From an uncultured Methanomicrobiaceae archaeon (GTDB lineage Archaea; Halobacteriota; Methanomicrobia; Methanomicrobiales; Methanoculleaceae), in the NCBI GenBank assembly GCA_963826525.1, contig CAWGXH010000005.1:295933-359932 (forward strand): a DNA stretch of 64,000 nt. Direction: 5' to 3'. The translations under genes and the position numbers were made by a program. Within the stretch, counting starts at the first letter, position 1; the number at the start of each line of letters is the position of its first letter. Below, piece after piece: positions 10,107 to 20,396 of the stretch. The notes beneath the pieces were generated by a model, which saw nothing but the letters and a program-made list of their open reading frames with translations, made no database searches and had not been told where the DNA came from.

Positions 10107-10535
10107 TCACTCCGTATCTTCTTTTGCCAGAGTGTCGAGGATCCTGTACGCGTTGACGAGTTTTCCAAAAGCTACGGCGAGCTCGCCGATCTCGTCGTTG
10201 CTGACGACGGTGATCTCGGTTTCATCGAGATTCCCCCGGCTCACGCTCGTTGCAACCTTGGAGAGCTGCTCGATCGGACTTGTAATGCTCTGTGCGAGGA
10301 AGAAACTCCACATCACCACAAGGCCTACCGTGAGGAGGGTCAGCAGGAAGATACTGTTCTGGAGGCCGAGCAATGCAATCACGCTCCCGGTATCGCCTGC
10401 CGACACCAGCCCGAGGAGCGCGACCGGGATAACCGCAACGAAGAGCATACTGGCCATCAGTTTGTAGAAGATCGGGATCTGGAGTGAAAACCCCTGGGTT
10501 CCGAGTTCAAACTGTTTCTGTGCCCATTCAACCAT
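10107..10535 (-). CDS. Two-TM HAMP-only protein
   Basis: Two hydrophobic helices, then ITSPIEQL...SNDEIGELAVAFGKL. No output domain. Confidence 0.8.
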   Translation of the reverse strand: MVEWAQKQFELGTQGFSLQIPIFYKLMASMLFVAVIPVALLGLVSAGDTGSVIALLGLQNSIFLLTLLTVGLVVMWSFFLAQSITSPIEQLSKVATSVSRGNLDETEITVVSNDEIGELAVAFGKLVNAYRILDTLAKEDTE

Positions 10536-10967
10536 ATGTGATTATAGTCATAGTGTACTATTAATAATTAACCATTTTTTCCAGTGCCTATTATTGAGCT
10601 ATACCAAAAAATATCTATTCTTATTAGCTAAAATTACTAATTACTGAGCTGAAAACAGCAATAGAAAGATACGTCTGTGGTGTAAACTAAGTTGCCTTGC
10701 CTGCGCATGACATTACATTACCAAATGCTGATAAACCAGATGCTTTTCACATGCTCCGGGAGATATTATCTCCCCCGTCTTCAACGGTGCCCTGCCGGGG
10801 GGCGCATAATCTCTGCAGAAGTAGATGGAATGAAGCAGCGAGGGTGGAAGCGTGTGAACACTTTCCGCTGAAGGCCCAAAACCAAAGGGGATATCCGGAT
10901 AATGAAGGGAATTCAGGGCAGAATAGATGGTCAACCATATAAGCCAGTGATGTTAAACAATAGGAAC

Positions 10968-12281
10968 GTGAAATCGGCGATACTCGGTGGCGGGCTGACG
11001 GGGATCACCCTTGCCCGGCTCTTGCAGGAAAAAGGAGAAGATGTCGTTGTCCTGGAGCGCGAATCACAAATCGGCGGCCTCTGCCGGTCGGTCACCAGTG
11101 CCGGTTTCACCTTCGATATCGGAGGCTCGCATATCATTTTTTCGCGGGATTCCGAAGTACTTGCGTTCATGCGTGAGGTGCTCGGTGAGAATAAAGACCA
11201 GCGGGCACGCAATACGAAGATCCTCTATAAAGACCGATACGTAAAATACCCCTTCGAGAACGGCCTTGCCGCCCTGCCGAAGGACGACCTCTTCTTCTGC
11301 ATCAACGAGTTTGTCAGGACCCTCATCGCCGTCGAGAAAGGGGAGGTACCACCCCCGACGAACTTTGCCGGGTGGATCACCGCGACGTTCGGGAGAGGGA
11401 TAGCCGAATGCTACATGCTCCCCTACAACGAGAAGATCTGGAACTACCCCGCAGAACGGATGTCGCACCACTGGGTCGACGGCCGTATTCCCCGCCCCCC
11501 CGTAGAAGATATCATCAAGTCCGCCATCGGCATCGAGACCGAAGGCTACACCCACCAGGCCGTCTTCACCTACCCGGTGGCAGGAGGGATCGAGGCTCTT
11601 ATCCGCGCAATTGCCGCCCCCGTCACCCCGTCCGTCATAACCGGATTCTCCGTCGCCTCAATCCGCGAGCGAGACGGTACTTTCATCATCAGCGACGGAG
11701 ATCGGGAGATCGAGGCCGACCGGATCATCTCGACGATCCCGCTCCAGGCGCTCCTTCCAGCCCTCGAGGATGTTCCGCCGGAGGTTCTCGAGGCCTGCGA
11801 CGCCCTCCGCTACAACTCCCTCTGCTCGGTCTTCATCGGCCTTCGGACTTCCGTTCCCGATCTCTCCTGGGTCTATGTCCCCGAGGAGCGTGTCGGGCTC
11901 TTCAACCGGATCTCCTTCCCCTCGAATTACAGCACCGCTGTCGCTCCCGAAGGGCACGGCTCCATCCTCGCCGAGATTACCTACAACGAAGGCGATGCGA
12001 TCTCCCGGATGACCGATACGGAGGCGATCGATCATACCGTCTCCTCACTCTGCGAGGCGGGGATCATCCGCGATGCCGGGGACGTCGTCTACACCGGCGT
12101 CGAGCGCCAGAAATTCGCCTACGTCGTCTATGATCTCGACTACCAAAAGAATATCACTCTAGTACGGGAATACTGCCGTGCCCGGAATATCGCTCTCGTC
12201 GGGCGTTTCTCCGAGTTTGAGTATCTGAACATGGACGGCTGCATCAGGAGCGCAATCACCTTTGCGAGGGCTGATCGATGA
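10968..12281 (+). CDS. FAD-dependent oxidoreductase (protoporphyrinogen oxidase/UDP-galactopyranose mutase-like)
   Basis: GGGLTG dinucleotide motif, IGGLCRS, FDIGGSHI, PYNEKIW, GRFSEFEYLNMD. GTG start. Confidence 0.8.
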   Translation: MKSAILGGGLTGITLARLLQEKGEDVVVLERESQIGGLCRSVTSAGFTFDIGGSHIIFSRDSEVLAFMREVLGENKDQRARNTKILYKDRYVKYPFENGLAALPKDDLFFCINEFVRTLIAVEKGEVPPPTNFAGWITATFGRGIAECYMLPYNEKIWNYPAERMSHHWVDGRIPRPPVEDIIKSAIGIETEGYTHQAVFTYPVAGGIEALIRAIAAPVTPSVITGFSVASIRERDGTFIISDGDREIEADRIISTIPLQALLPALEDVPPEVLEACDALRYNSLCSVFIGLRTSVPDLSWVYVPEERVGLFNRISFPSNYSTAVAPEGHGSILAEITYNEGDAISRMTDTEAIDHTVSSLCEAGIIRDAGDVVYTGVERQKFAYVVYDLDYQKNITLVREYCRARNIALVGRFSEFEYLNMDGCIRSAITFARADR

Positions 12282-13255
12282 GAGTCAACATCTTCGTTGA
12301 AGATTTCCGTTTTCTCAAGTATATCGGGTGTGCGACGGCCGCAAGGACGCTCTATAACTACCTCTCCCGGTTGCCCGACCTCGAGGTGGCGCGAAACTCC
12401 TACAGAGACCGTTTCGACCTGACCCACTACCATACCTTCGGACCGTGGGCGATGTACCACCTCAAGTTCACCGACGGGGTAAAAGTCCTCACCGCTCACT
12501 CGACGCCGCGGCTGAACGACGGGAACGTCGCCTTTTCCAAGCGGATTAACAGGGTATATCCGAAGATCTACCGGCAGTTCGATCACATCATCACCATCTC
12601 CGAACCCTGCCACCGCGAGACCGACCAGATGGTGCCCGAGGTCGAAAAGACACTTATTCCGAACGGCATCGACCGGGAGTACTTCACCCCGGACGCAAAG
12701 AAGCGCCGGCTCTTCCGGGAGCAGTACGATATCGAGCCCGGCCAGAAAGTGGTGCTCTCCGTCGGGCAGCAGACCCCGCGGAAGGGTATATACGATTTCC
12801 TCAAACTCGCTGCAAAGCACCCGGAGATGACTTGGGTCTGGGTGGGCGGGTTCCCCTACGGCACACTCTCAAAGGACTATACCCGGATCCAGATGGCAAA
12901 AAGCCGCTGCCACGACAACGTCATCTTCACGGGCCTGGTCGACGATATCTCGGCTCCGTACTGCGGGGCGGACGTCTTCTTCATGCCCTCGTATGCCGAG
13001 ACCTTCGGTCTTGTCATTGTCGAGGCGCTCGCAACCGGCCTTCCGGTGATCGCACGGGACATCTATGAGTTCCGCGAGATCTTCGGCGACTCGGTGCTCT
13101 TCTTCCGGGATGCCGGAGAAGTGCAGGAGATGCTCGGAAACGACACGCTGCTCAAGACCTGCAAGCGGCAGGCCCGGGAGTCGACAGAGAAATATGACAT
13201 CAAGCTTATTGCCGGAATGCATCAACAGTTGTACAAAGACCTGGTGGAGCCATGA
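12278..13255 (+). CDS. Glycosyltransferase family 4
   Basis: IPNGID, RKG, PSYAETFGLVIVEALATGLPVI. Confidence 0.9.
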   Translation: MRVNIFVEDFRFLKYIGCATAARTLYNYLSRLPDLEVARNSYRDRFDLTHYHTFGPWAMYHLKFTDGVKVLTAHSTPRLNDGNVAFSKRINRVYPKIYRQFDHIITISEPCHRETDQMVPEVEKTLIPNGIDREYFTPDAKKRRLFREQYDIEPGQKVVLSVGQQTPRKGIYDFLKLAAKHPEMTWVWVGGFPYGTLSKDYTRIQMAKSRCHDNVIFTGLVDDISAPYCGADVFFMPSYAETFGLVIVEALATGLPVIARDIYEFREIFGDSVLFFRDAGEVQEMLGNDTLLKTCKRQARESTEKYDIKLIAGMHQQLYKDLVEP

Positions 13256-13950
13256 TATCGATCATCATTCCGACCTACAACGAAGAAGAGAATATCACCC
13301 GGTGCTTATTGTCGCTCGCCGACCAGACGGTGCCGAGGAGTACCTACGAGATCATCGTTGTGGACGGAAACTCGAAAGACCGGACGCGTGAACTCGCCGA
13401 ACCGCTCGCCGACAGTGTCTTTATCCAGAAGAGCAAGAAGGTCGGGGGCGCCAGAAACGACGGCGTGATGGAATCACGGGGATCGATCGCCGCGACGACG
13501 GATGCAGACTGTATTCTGCCCCGAAACTGGGTGGAGACGATCGCACGCGACTTCGACCGCCGCGATATCGTCCAGCTCTACGGGACAGTCTATCCCCTCG
13601 AGGGCGGGATCAAGAACAATCTCTCGCTCGTCGGTGCCAACACCTTCTCCCGGTTCGGCTACTATACCCGCACCATCTACTTCACGCTCGGGTGCAACAC
13701 TGCGTTCGACCGTGACGCCTTCATCGAAGCCGGGATGTACCGGTGCATCGACGCCGGAGACGACCTCGAGATCGCGCAGCGGATGCGCAAGCTCGGCAGG
13801 GTGATGCTCGACCCGTCCCTTCGTGTCGGTTTCTCCATGCGCCGCTACCAGCAGTTCGGGACGATCAAGTCGGTCTACGAGTGGCTGGCAATCGTGGCGA
13901 GCGGCGGCGATTCTGCCAAAGCCAGCTACTCAAAACGGATCTATAAGTGA
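13252..13950 (+). CDS. Glycosyltransferase family 2
   Basis: SIIIPTYNEE, VVDGNSKD, TDADC. Confidence 0.9.
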   Translation: MISIIIPTYNEEENITRCLLSLADQTVPRSTYEIIVVDGNSKDRTRELAEPLADSVFIQKSKKVGGARNDGVMESRGSIAATTDADCILPRNWVETIARDFDRRDIVQLYGTVYPLEGGIKNNLSLVGANTFSRFGYYTRTIYFTLGCNTAFDRDAFIEAGMYRCIDAGDDLEIAQRMRKLGRVMLDPSLRVGFSMRRYQQFGTIKSVYEWLAIVASGGDSAKASYSKRIYK

Positions 13951-13962
13951 CGGCCGGGCCGG

Positions 13963-14451
13963 TCAGAACCGGCAGCTTGCCCTCCCCTGTTTTGCAAGAT
14001 ACTGCTGGTGATACTCCTCCGCCCGCCAGAACGTCGAGGCCGGTTCGATCGCGGTGACGACCTCTCTCCGAAACTTACCGGAGCGCCCGATCTGCTCTTT
14101 CGACTCCCGGGCGGCGGCCTCCTGCTCCGGGGTGTGGTAAAAGATCACCGACCGGTACTGCGTCCCGATATCGGGCCCCTGCCGATTCGGCGTCGTCGGG
14201 TCGTGCACCGTCCAGAAGACGTGCAGCAGGTTCTCGTACCGCACCATCGTCGGGTCGTATACTATCTCGACAACCTCTGCGTGGCCGGTTCGCCCCGTGC
14301 AGACATCCCGATAGGAAGGGTTCTCGACCGTGCCTCCCATGAACCCGACCGCCGTCGATACGACGCCGGGAACCTTCCGGAAGGCCTCTTCGACGCCCCA
14401 GAAACAACCTGCACCGAACGTAGCCTTCTCAAAATCACTCTTCTCTGCCAT
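13963..14451 (-). CDS. msrA: Peptide-methionine (S)-S-oxide reductase
   Basis: [43 protein letters not shown]. Confidence 0.95.
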   Translation of the reverse strand: MAEKSDFEKATFGAGCFWGVEEAFRKVPGVVSTAVGFMGGTVENPSYRDVCTGRTGHAEVVEIVYDPTMVRYENLLHVFWTVHDPTTPNRQGPDIGTQYRSVIFYHTPEQEAAARESKEQIGRSGKFRREVVTAIEPASTFWRAEEYHQQYLAKQGRASCRF

Positions 14452-14634
14452 CGGTAGCATCCTTGCGATGATGGATAAAAAAGGTGCCGACGATACGTGC
14501 ACGTCAGAGATATAAGCGCCCGCTAGATCTTTTCAAGCCGTTGAAGGCAGGCTTTTCACCAACCCGGCATCGCTTGCGGGCGGAGTAAAAGCCCTTTGGG
14601 CACGATTCTTTCCTCTCTTCGATACAGCTTCCGG

Positions 14635-14892
14635 TCACGGGCGTTTATCCCGGACGCTCCTCTCCCTGCCTATCGTCTCGACGGCATAGAAGAGAGCGAG
14701 CGTCATGAGCGGCATCAGGACCAGGAACATCAGGTACTCGAGAGACGCTTCCCCGAACTGATCGATCGAGAAGATCACGGCCTTCTCCGGCGATGAGTAT
14801 GCTTTCAGGAATGTCCACACAAAGAGCGATGCGACTCCGTAGGTAATGATTAACCCAAGGTAGACTACAAATGCCTTTACTCTTCCCCCCAT
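14635..14892 (-). CDS. Small two-TM hypothetical protein
   Basis: MGGRVKAFVVYLG..., two hydrophobic segments, TATA-like TATATTTATAT upstream. Confidence 0.55.
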   Translation of the reverse strand: MGGRVKAFVVYLGLIITYGVASLFVWTFLKAYSSPEKAVIFSIDQFGEASLEYLMFLVLMPLMTLALFYAVETIGRERSVRDKRP

Positions 14893-15064
14893 TGTTTTTC
14901 CCCTAAGCCAGAGTGAACTCTGCTTTTGACGTCGTCGATACAAGCATGAGATACTGGGAACACACATATAAATATATCGCTGGGAGCCTGACGAGACCTG
15001 CGCATACGGCTATCAGGGCCGTCGGACGGAGATACTAATAGCTCATCGGGATAATACAATCCGC

Positions 15065-15622
15065 ATGAACAGCAGCATCGAGACGGAAGCCGTCATCATC
15101 GTCGCCCGGTTGATGGCACTCTCCGCGCGGACGGCTCCGAAGGGGAAAGGAGTCGACGCGATAGCGATCGCGGTGGTCACGGGAGGCGACCTTGCCGAGC
15201 TTGCCCGGTCGATGAACGCCTTCGGCGAAGAGAACGATATGGCCTTCTTCATCAGGGATGCAAAGAATGTCGCGGAGAGCGATGCCTGCGTCCTTATCGG
15301 GTCGGAGGTGACCAGCGTCGTCGGGATCAACTGCGGGGGATGCGGATTTGCAACCTGTGCAGAGATGCAGGAAGCACAGAAAGAGAGCCTGAAATGCGAT
15401 ACCCCGTTCAAAGGGTATAACTGCGTTGTCCGCATGGCGGATCTCGGTATCGCCGTCGGTTCCGCAGTCAAGACGGCATCCATCCACAACGTCGACAACC
15501 GGATCATGTATACCGCCGGTGTCGGCGCACTCAGGCTCGGCTGGATGGCGGGGTGCGGCGTCGCCTACGGTATTCCCCTCAAAGCAGCGGGCAAGAATAT
15601 CTTCTTTGACCGCACACGCTAA
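15065..15622 (+). CDS. DUF2148 ferredoxin-domain protein
   Basis: ARTAPKGKG, NCGGCGFATC, DLGIAVGSA, VDNRIMYTAG. Confidence 0.85.
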   Translation: MNSSIETEAVIIVARLMALSARTAPKGKGVDAIAIAVVTGGDLAELARSMNAFGEENDMAFFIRDAKNVAESDACVLIGSEVTSVVGINCGGCGFATCAEMQEAQKESLKCDTPFKGYNCVVRMADLGIAVGSAVKTASIHNVDNRIMYTAGVGALRLGWMAGCGVAYGIPLKAAGKNIFFDRTR

Positions 15623-15636
15623 CCGATTGTGATACC

Positions 15637-16716
15637 ATGGCCGTCATGAAGATCCGGGGAGGCGATCTCGATCTCGTCGAGTATGATTTCCCCTCATTCC
15701 CTCCGGGCGAGAATATCCGAACACTCGGGCTCAAGAATGAGTACGCCCTTTCTCCCGTCACGGGAGTCGTGCGGGTGCGGGCACCCTCCCGCATCCACCT
15801 CACCGTCCTTGATATGAACCGGTTCGCACCGGACAGGCCGGGAGGCGGCGGGATTGGGTTTGCCATCAAAACCTACTGCACCGCAGAGGTTGCCTGCATC
15901 CCGTCCGGGATAGAGATCGACTACTCGCGAAAACCCATCCTGCGCCACTTCATCGAGGTCTTCCGGGATGTCGTCGGCTACGAGGGAGGATTTGCCGTCT
16001 CGGCGCGCGACCACATGCACGAGCACGTCGGCCTCGGGTCGACCAGCACCATTCTTATCGCCGTTGCAAACGCCCTGAACGCTGCGGTCGGCGCCCCGTT
16101 GACGCAGGATCAGCTTCGCATCCTCCTCGGCAGCAACTACGTCGAAGAGACGGCCGAAGGCAGTGTCGCCTTCGGGTTCGAGACCGGCGTCGGGCCGGCC
16201 GTCAGCACCTACGGCGGCATGGCGATCATGGGCGACGAGCTGACGCTCGTCTACCGCCACCCCTTCGCCGAAGGGAAGCGGGTCTACATTGCCATCCCGC
16301 CTTCGGACATCTCGTCTGCAGGTGAGAAAGAATTCGATCTCCTGATGAACAAGGCACGGACGCTCGACTACCGCGACCGCGAGCTCAAGTCGTATATGGT
16401 CCTGATGGACCTGATCCCGGCCCTCGAGCGGGACAATCTTGCGAAGATTGGCGAGATCGTCTGGGAGATCGAGTTCCGGGGTTCGAAGCGTGCCGAAGTC
16501 GAGCACCACGGGTTCGGACTCTACCAGTATATGGCCGCACTTCGCGATGCCGGATTCGAGTTTGTGGGGATGAGTTCGGTAGGCCCTTCGATCGCCGTCA
16601 TCACCGACCGCGACGAAGCGGATGTGGCCGCAGTCTTCGGATCGCTCGGTCTGAAGATAGCCATCGCCACCGAGGTCGATAACGAAGGCCTGACGATCAG
16701 TCTCCCCGACCGCTAA
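15637..16716 (+). CDS. GHMP kinase family protein (beta-RFAP synthase-like)
   Basis: APSRIHL, GGGGIGF, HEHVGLGSTS, GMSSVGP. Confidence 0.8.
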   Translation: MAVMKIRGGDLDLVEYDFPSFPPGENIRTLGLKNEYALSPVTGVVRVRAPSRIHLTVLDMNRFAPDRPGGGGIGFAIKTYCTAEVACIPSGIEIDYSRKPILRHFIEVFRDVVGYEGGFAVSARDHMHEHVGLGSTSTILIAVANALNAAVGAPLTQDQLRILLGSNYVEETAEGSVAFGFETGVGPAVSTYGGMAIMGDELTLVYRHPFAEGKRVYIAIPPSDISSAGEKEFDLLMNKARTLDYRDRELKSYMVLMDLIPALERDNLAKIGEIVWEIEFRGSKRAEVEHHGFGLYQYMAALRDAGFEFVGMSSVGPSIAVITDRDEADVAAVFGSLGLKIAIATEVDNEGLTISLPDR

Positions 16717-16796
16717 CTTTTTTACGAGTTTTGTGCATCATCTCCCGGTGTGCCGGATAGGGAGACCGTTCCTTACGACCTGACCTGGAGAGAAGC

Positions 16797-17480
16797 ATGG
16801 TGGGTTTGAAAGCGTGTGTACTGCTCCTGGTTGTTGCTGCAGTCCTTGCCGGTCATGTATCGGCGATAGAGATCCCACTCCTGCTCTTTGACGACTCCTT
16901 CGAAACAGGGACTTTTGAGAACTGGGATGAGATCGGGGACAAGTGGCATATTACGGACGACGCCCATACCGGAGAGTATGCAGCAGTCTGCATCGTCGAA
17001 GGGGAGGTTGATGCGCCCGGCAGGGCGCTCGTCAAGGTGCTGAATTACACGGGCAGTTATATGGTCGAGGGGTGGTTCAAGACCAACAAACTCGGCACCC
17101 TTACGTGCAGCGGCCTGTACATCCTCGGGGAGGTTCCCGGGAAAGAGTCGCTCCTCTATTCGCTGCAGGTGATCGAGGGCGGCCGGATCGGCTACAACCA
17201 GTGGAACGAATCAGGGAAACACCACCTCTACTCCGACGAACCCATTATCAGGGCGGGGCAGTGGCACCGGTTCAGTGTCTGCTACGACCGTGACGCATCG
17301 ACCCAGTCAGTTCGGATCGACGGCAGGTGTCTCGGGACGTCTCCGTTAAGGACGCTCTTTGGCGAACCCATCGAACCGGACGAGTACATATCGCTCCGGA
17401 TAGGCGGCGGGTCTACCTGGGGGATCGGGGACGAACCCGATATCGCAGTCCTCGACGATATCCAGGTGACGACCCTCTGA
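16797..17480 (+). CDS. Secreted beta-sandwich (LamG/concanavalin-like) hypothetical protein
   Basis: Signal peptide, FDDSFETG, GQWHRFSVCYD, LDDIQV. Confidence 0.6.
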   Translation: MVGLKACVLLLVVAAVLAGHVSAIEIPLLLFDDSFETGTFENWDEIGDKWHITDDAHTGEYAAVCIVEGEVDAPGRALVKVLNYTGSYMVEGWFKTNKLGTLTCSGLYILGEVPGKESLLYSLQVIEGGRIGYNQWNESGKHHLYSDEPIIRAGQWHRFSVCYDRDASTQSVRIDGRCLGTSPLRTLFGEPIEPDEYISLRIGGGSTWGIGDEPDIAVLDDIQVTTL

Positions 17481-17502
17481 TAGATGCCGGCGCCGGAAAA
17501 AG

Positions 17503-18283
17503 TTATGACGTTGTGAAGGAGAGGGAGATGAGCGTGGTCGGGCTGTCGTTCTCCGACTCCGCGACGACGACGCCGTCGGCGACCAGGGCGGCATACAGGG
17601 TTCCCGACACCGGCGCGGCCTTCTTCACCGTCACGTACGCGGCTTTGCCCGTGCCGAGCGGGAACTCCTTCTCCAGATCAATGGTATCCGTCCACTCCGA
17701 CAGTGAGGTTCCATCGAGTTCCGAAAAGATCCGCACCGTCCCGTTATACCGGATCGCGAGGACGTAGTCCACCTCGCCGGTCAGCAGTTCCGGCGAAGGA
17801 TCGACGAACCGCATGGTCTCCGGTGTGTCGTAGACGAAACCTCCTTGCAGGTTTCCGCTACTATCTTTGATGGGTATCTGCATGACGATCCTCTGCTGGA
17901 CGACGCCACTCTCATCGAACTCCGGTGCAGCCGCCCAGGTATCGCTCGCCTGATACGGGATGTACACGTCGCTGCCGGTCCCGAGAACCGGCTGTATCCG
18001 GTATGTTCCGTCCGTCGTGTTGGCAGCGGTGATCAGCATAAGTTCAGTCCCGTCGGGAGACGATACGAGGTCGGCCGCCTGGTACTTCGGTGCATACGGC
18101 GTCGTCGGCGTCGTCGTCGACCGGAGTCTCCGGCGTTGTCGCCTGCTCTGTGGGCTCTGCCGTCGGTAGTGTCGTTGCCGGAGTCTGCTGCTCGGTGGTA
18201 TTGCCGCTGCCCGTACATCCGCAGGTTAGCAGTGCGACAAGTACCAGCACAAGGGGAGAGAATCGGAGGATCGCTCTAAGCAT
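17503..18283 (-). CDS. Secreted/lipoprotein with Thr/Pro-rich linker (frameshift near 18100)
   Basis: Lipobox-like LLTCGC, a TPATTLPT linker, and continuation into ORF 17503..18039. Confidence 0.6.
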
Positions 18284-18760
18284 ACCGGAGCATTACGCTC
18301 TGATGTTCTAAAACGTTCCGGTACGGCTCCCGGCGGTTCTGCGGCGGGAGGCCGGCCTCTCCGCTGCAGGAAAGATGAGCAAAAGCCAAAAGCGGTGCTT
18401 GATACCTTCCGGTCGTCCGGCAGCGAAGGGAAACTCCCAATGCTTGAGTTTGCCGTCTGCTATGACAGGGACGAAGGGAGAGCGAAAGAGATCGCCCGGG
18501 GGTGGTTCCCCATCGCCGCACACGAAGGCGAACCAAACCGGGTCATCTGTTCATCGACAGGATAGGAACAGCGATCCGGGGGCCGACCGCGTCGCCACTA
18601 CCCGGGACGGGCCAAAACCGGCGCGGCAACGTCCTCCCCGCGTTCGGGCCGCGCGCTTCCTCGCGGGAATACCTGCCGCCTGAACCGGGAGAGCCGCAGT
18701 TCTCACGGAGATACACCCCTCTTTTCGGCAGGTGTGCTGGAAAAAAAGTATTCCGACCGA

Positions 18761-19955
18761 TTAGAAATCGGTCATAATCCGGAACTGGTCGATCTCTTCC
18801 TGGCTGAGTTCCTCGAGGAACTCCTCGGCCGCATGCTGTATGTTCTTGCTTGCGGTGATGGCGCGGCCGACCACGAGGATATCCGCACCGGAGGCAAGGG
18901 CGTCCTTCACGACGTGCTGCCTGATGCCGCCTGCCGTTGCGACGAGGAGCCTCTTGCCGCCCGCTTCCTTGATGGCGGGGATGTTGCCCCATGCGTGCGC
19001 GGTCCCTTCGACGTCGATAGCCCGGTGGAGGCTCGACGATATCGGGCTTGACGGCGAGGCTCTCGATGAGGGCGACCGGGTCATCGACGTTCAGCATGTC
19101 GACCACGGTGTAGATGCCGGTCTTCTTGGTGTCGCGGATCGCCTTTTCGATGGTGGAGGCAGGCGCAAGACCGGAGATGACGACGGCATCGGCGCCGGCG
19201 TCGGCCGCCATCCGTGCCTCGAGGTTGCCGGTGTCGAGGGTCTTTAAGTCCGCTATGATGAAGGCGTTCGGCCGGAGTTTCCGGATCTCTCCTATCACGG
19301 AGAGGCCGAACTTCTTAATGAGCGGCGTGCCCGCTTCGATGAGGAGGTGATCGTTCTGCGGGAGCCCGGCGAGCACACGCTCGACCTGCCGCATGTCCAC
19401 GAGGTCCATCGCCACCTGCAGGTAGGGCGGATCCCAGAGCCGCTGCACCTTAAAGCCCATGACGGCGTGGGCGGCACGGTCCTTCTCGTGGAGGAGCGTA
19501 TCCGCGTCGGGGAAGCGGTCGAGCGCACGCCTGACAGCGAGTTTCATCGCCCCGTAGTTGAAGCGGTAGATCCTGTTGTAGTCCTCTGCGCTCGGGTGCA
19601 TGAAGACGCTTGCGAGGATGACGATATCATCGATATCGATCCCCTCGAAGACGCCTTCTTCGAGCGAGTCGGCCACGGCCTTTGCGACTGCTGCCTGCAT
19701 TGGCCCGAACATCTGGTTCACCTGTGCCTCTTTCTTGAGGGTGACCTTCGGGATAACGAGGGTTGCAGGCTTCGTCATCAGGTTCGGACGCACGACACCG
19801 AGCAGGGGCGTGTGGCCGGCGGAGAGCTGCGAGAATGCATTTACAAAGGCATGCCCGACAGGCCCGTTTTTGTCCCCGATGATTAAATCGATATGCGCGA
19901 GTTCCGCGCCTTCTCCAACGAGTGCTTCGCCAATAAGATACATAAACGTCCCCAT
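18761..19955 (-). CDS. fae-hps: Bifunctional formaldehyde-activating enzyme / 3-hexulose-6-phosphate synthase (frameshift near 19030)
   Basis: Fae domain (GEALVGEGAELAHIDL...KPAT) plus HPS (LQVAMD, EAGTPLIKKFG, DLKTLDTG). C-terminus HRAID...VVGRAIT...QFRIMTDF lies in ORF 18761..19084. Confidence 0.92.
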
Positions 19956-20148
19956 TATTCTGCCCTCATATTAGGAGGGCATATTATATTAACACGCCCG
20001 CATCGACATGGTCGCCTGCAGCCCGGGATAATCTCCGGTACTTTGTACAGGAGGAACGGAGATGGAATAGCCGGATTATCCGGGAAGATCTGCAAAGAAT
20101 GCTGCAAAAATCGCAGGCTGCTTCATAACGTCCGGAAGAAGTAAGATG

Positions 20149-20301
20149 TGGGGTCGGTGAGATTTGAACTCACGATCGACGGGTCTCTCCGACATGCATC
20201 AGTGCTCCAACGGGTCATCATCTCTTCATCAGGAGACCCATTGTTCATCACATGCAAAGACCGCTGGAGCCCGTCGCCATTCCTGACTAGGCCACGACCC
20301 C
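20149..20301 (-). tRNA. tRNA-Trp(CCA) with a 79-nt intron at position 37/38
   Basis: GGGGTCG/CGACCCC acceptor, ACGGG-CT-CCA-G | intron | A-CCCGT anticodon arm, GTGAG-TTCAAAT-CTCAC T arm. Confidence 0.95.
20185..20263 (-). ncRNA. Intron-encoded box C/D guide RNA of pre-tRNA-Trp
   Basis: C (GTGATGA), D' (CTGA), C' (ATGATGA) and D (CTGA) boxes. Guides are complementary to the C39 and C34 regions. Confidence 0.9.
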
Positions 20302-20396
20302 ACGTGCACTGTATAGAGAGGGAGTCTCGAGTATTAAGATTTACGCTATGCCGGTGCAGCAATCTTTTATTTTCCCTATCTTCCCATATGTATAGG

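Noticed and set aside
18543-19030. Long Arg/Pro-rich C-terminal extension of Fae-Hps
   Set aside because: The true HPS C-terminus is in another frame ending at 18761.
20148-20396. 83-aa N-terminal extension of the acyl-CoA synthetase
   Set aside because: It is the antisense translation of tRNA-Trp and its promoter.
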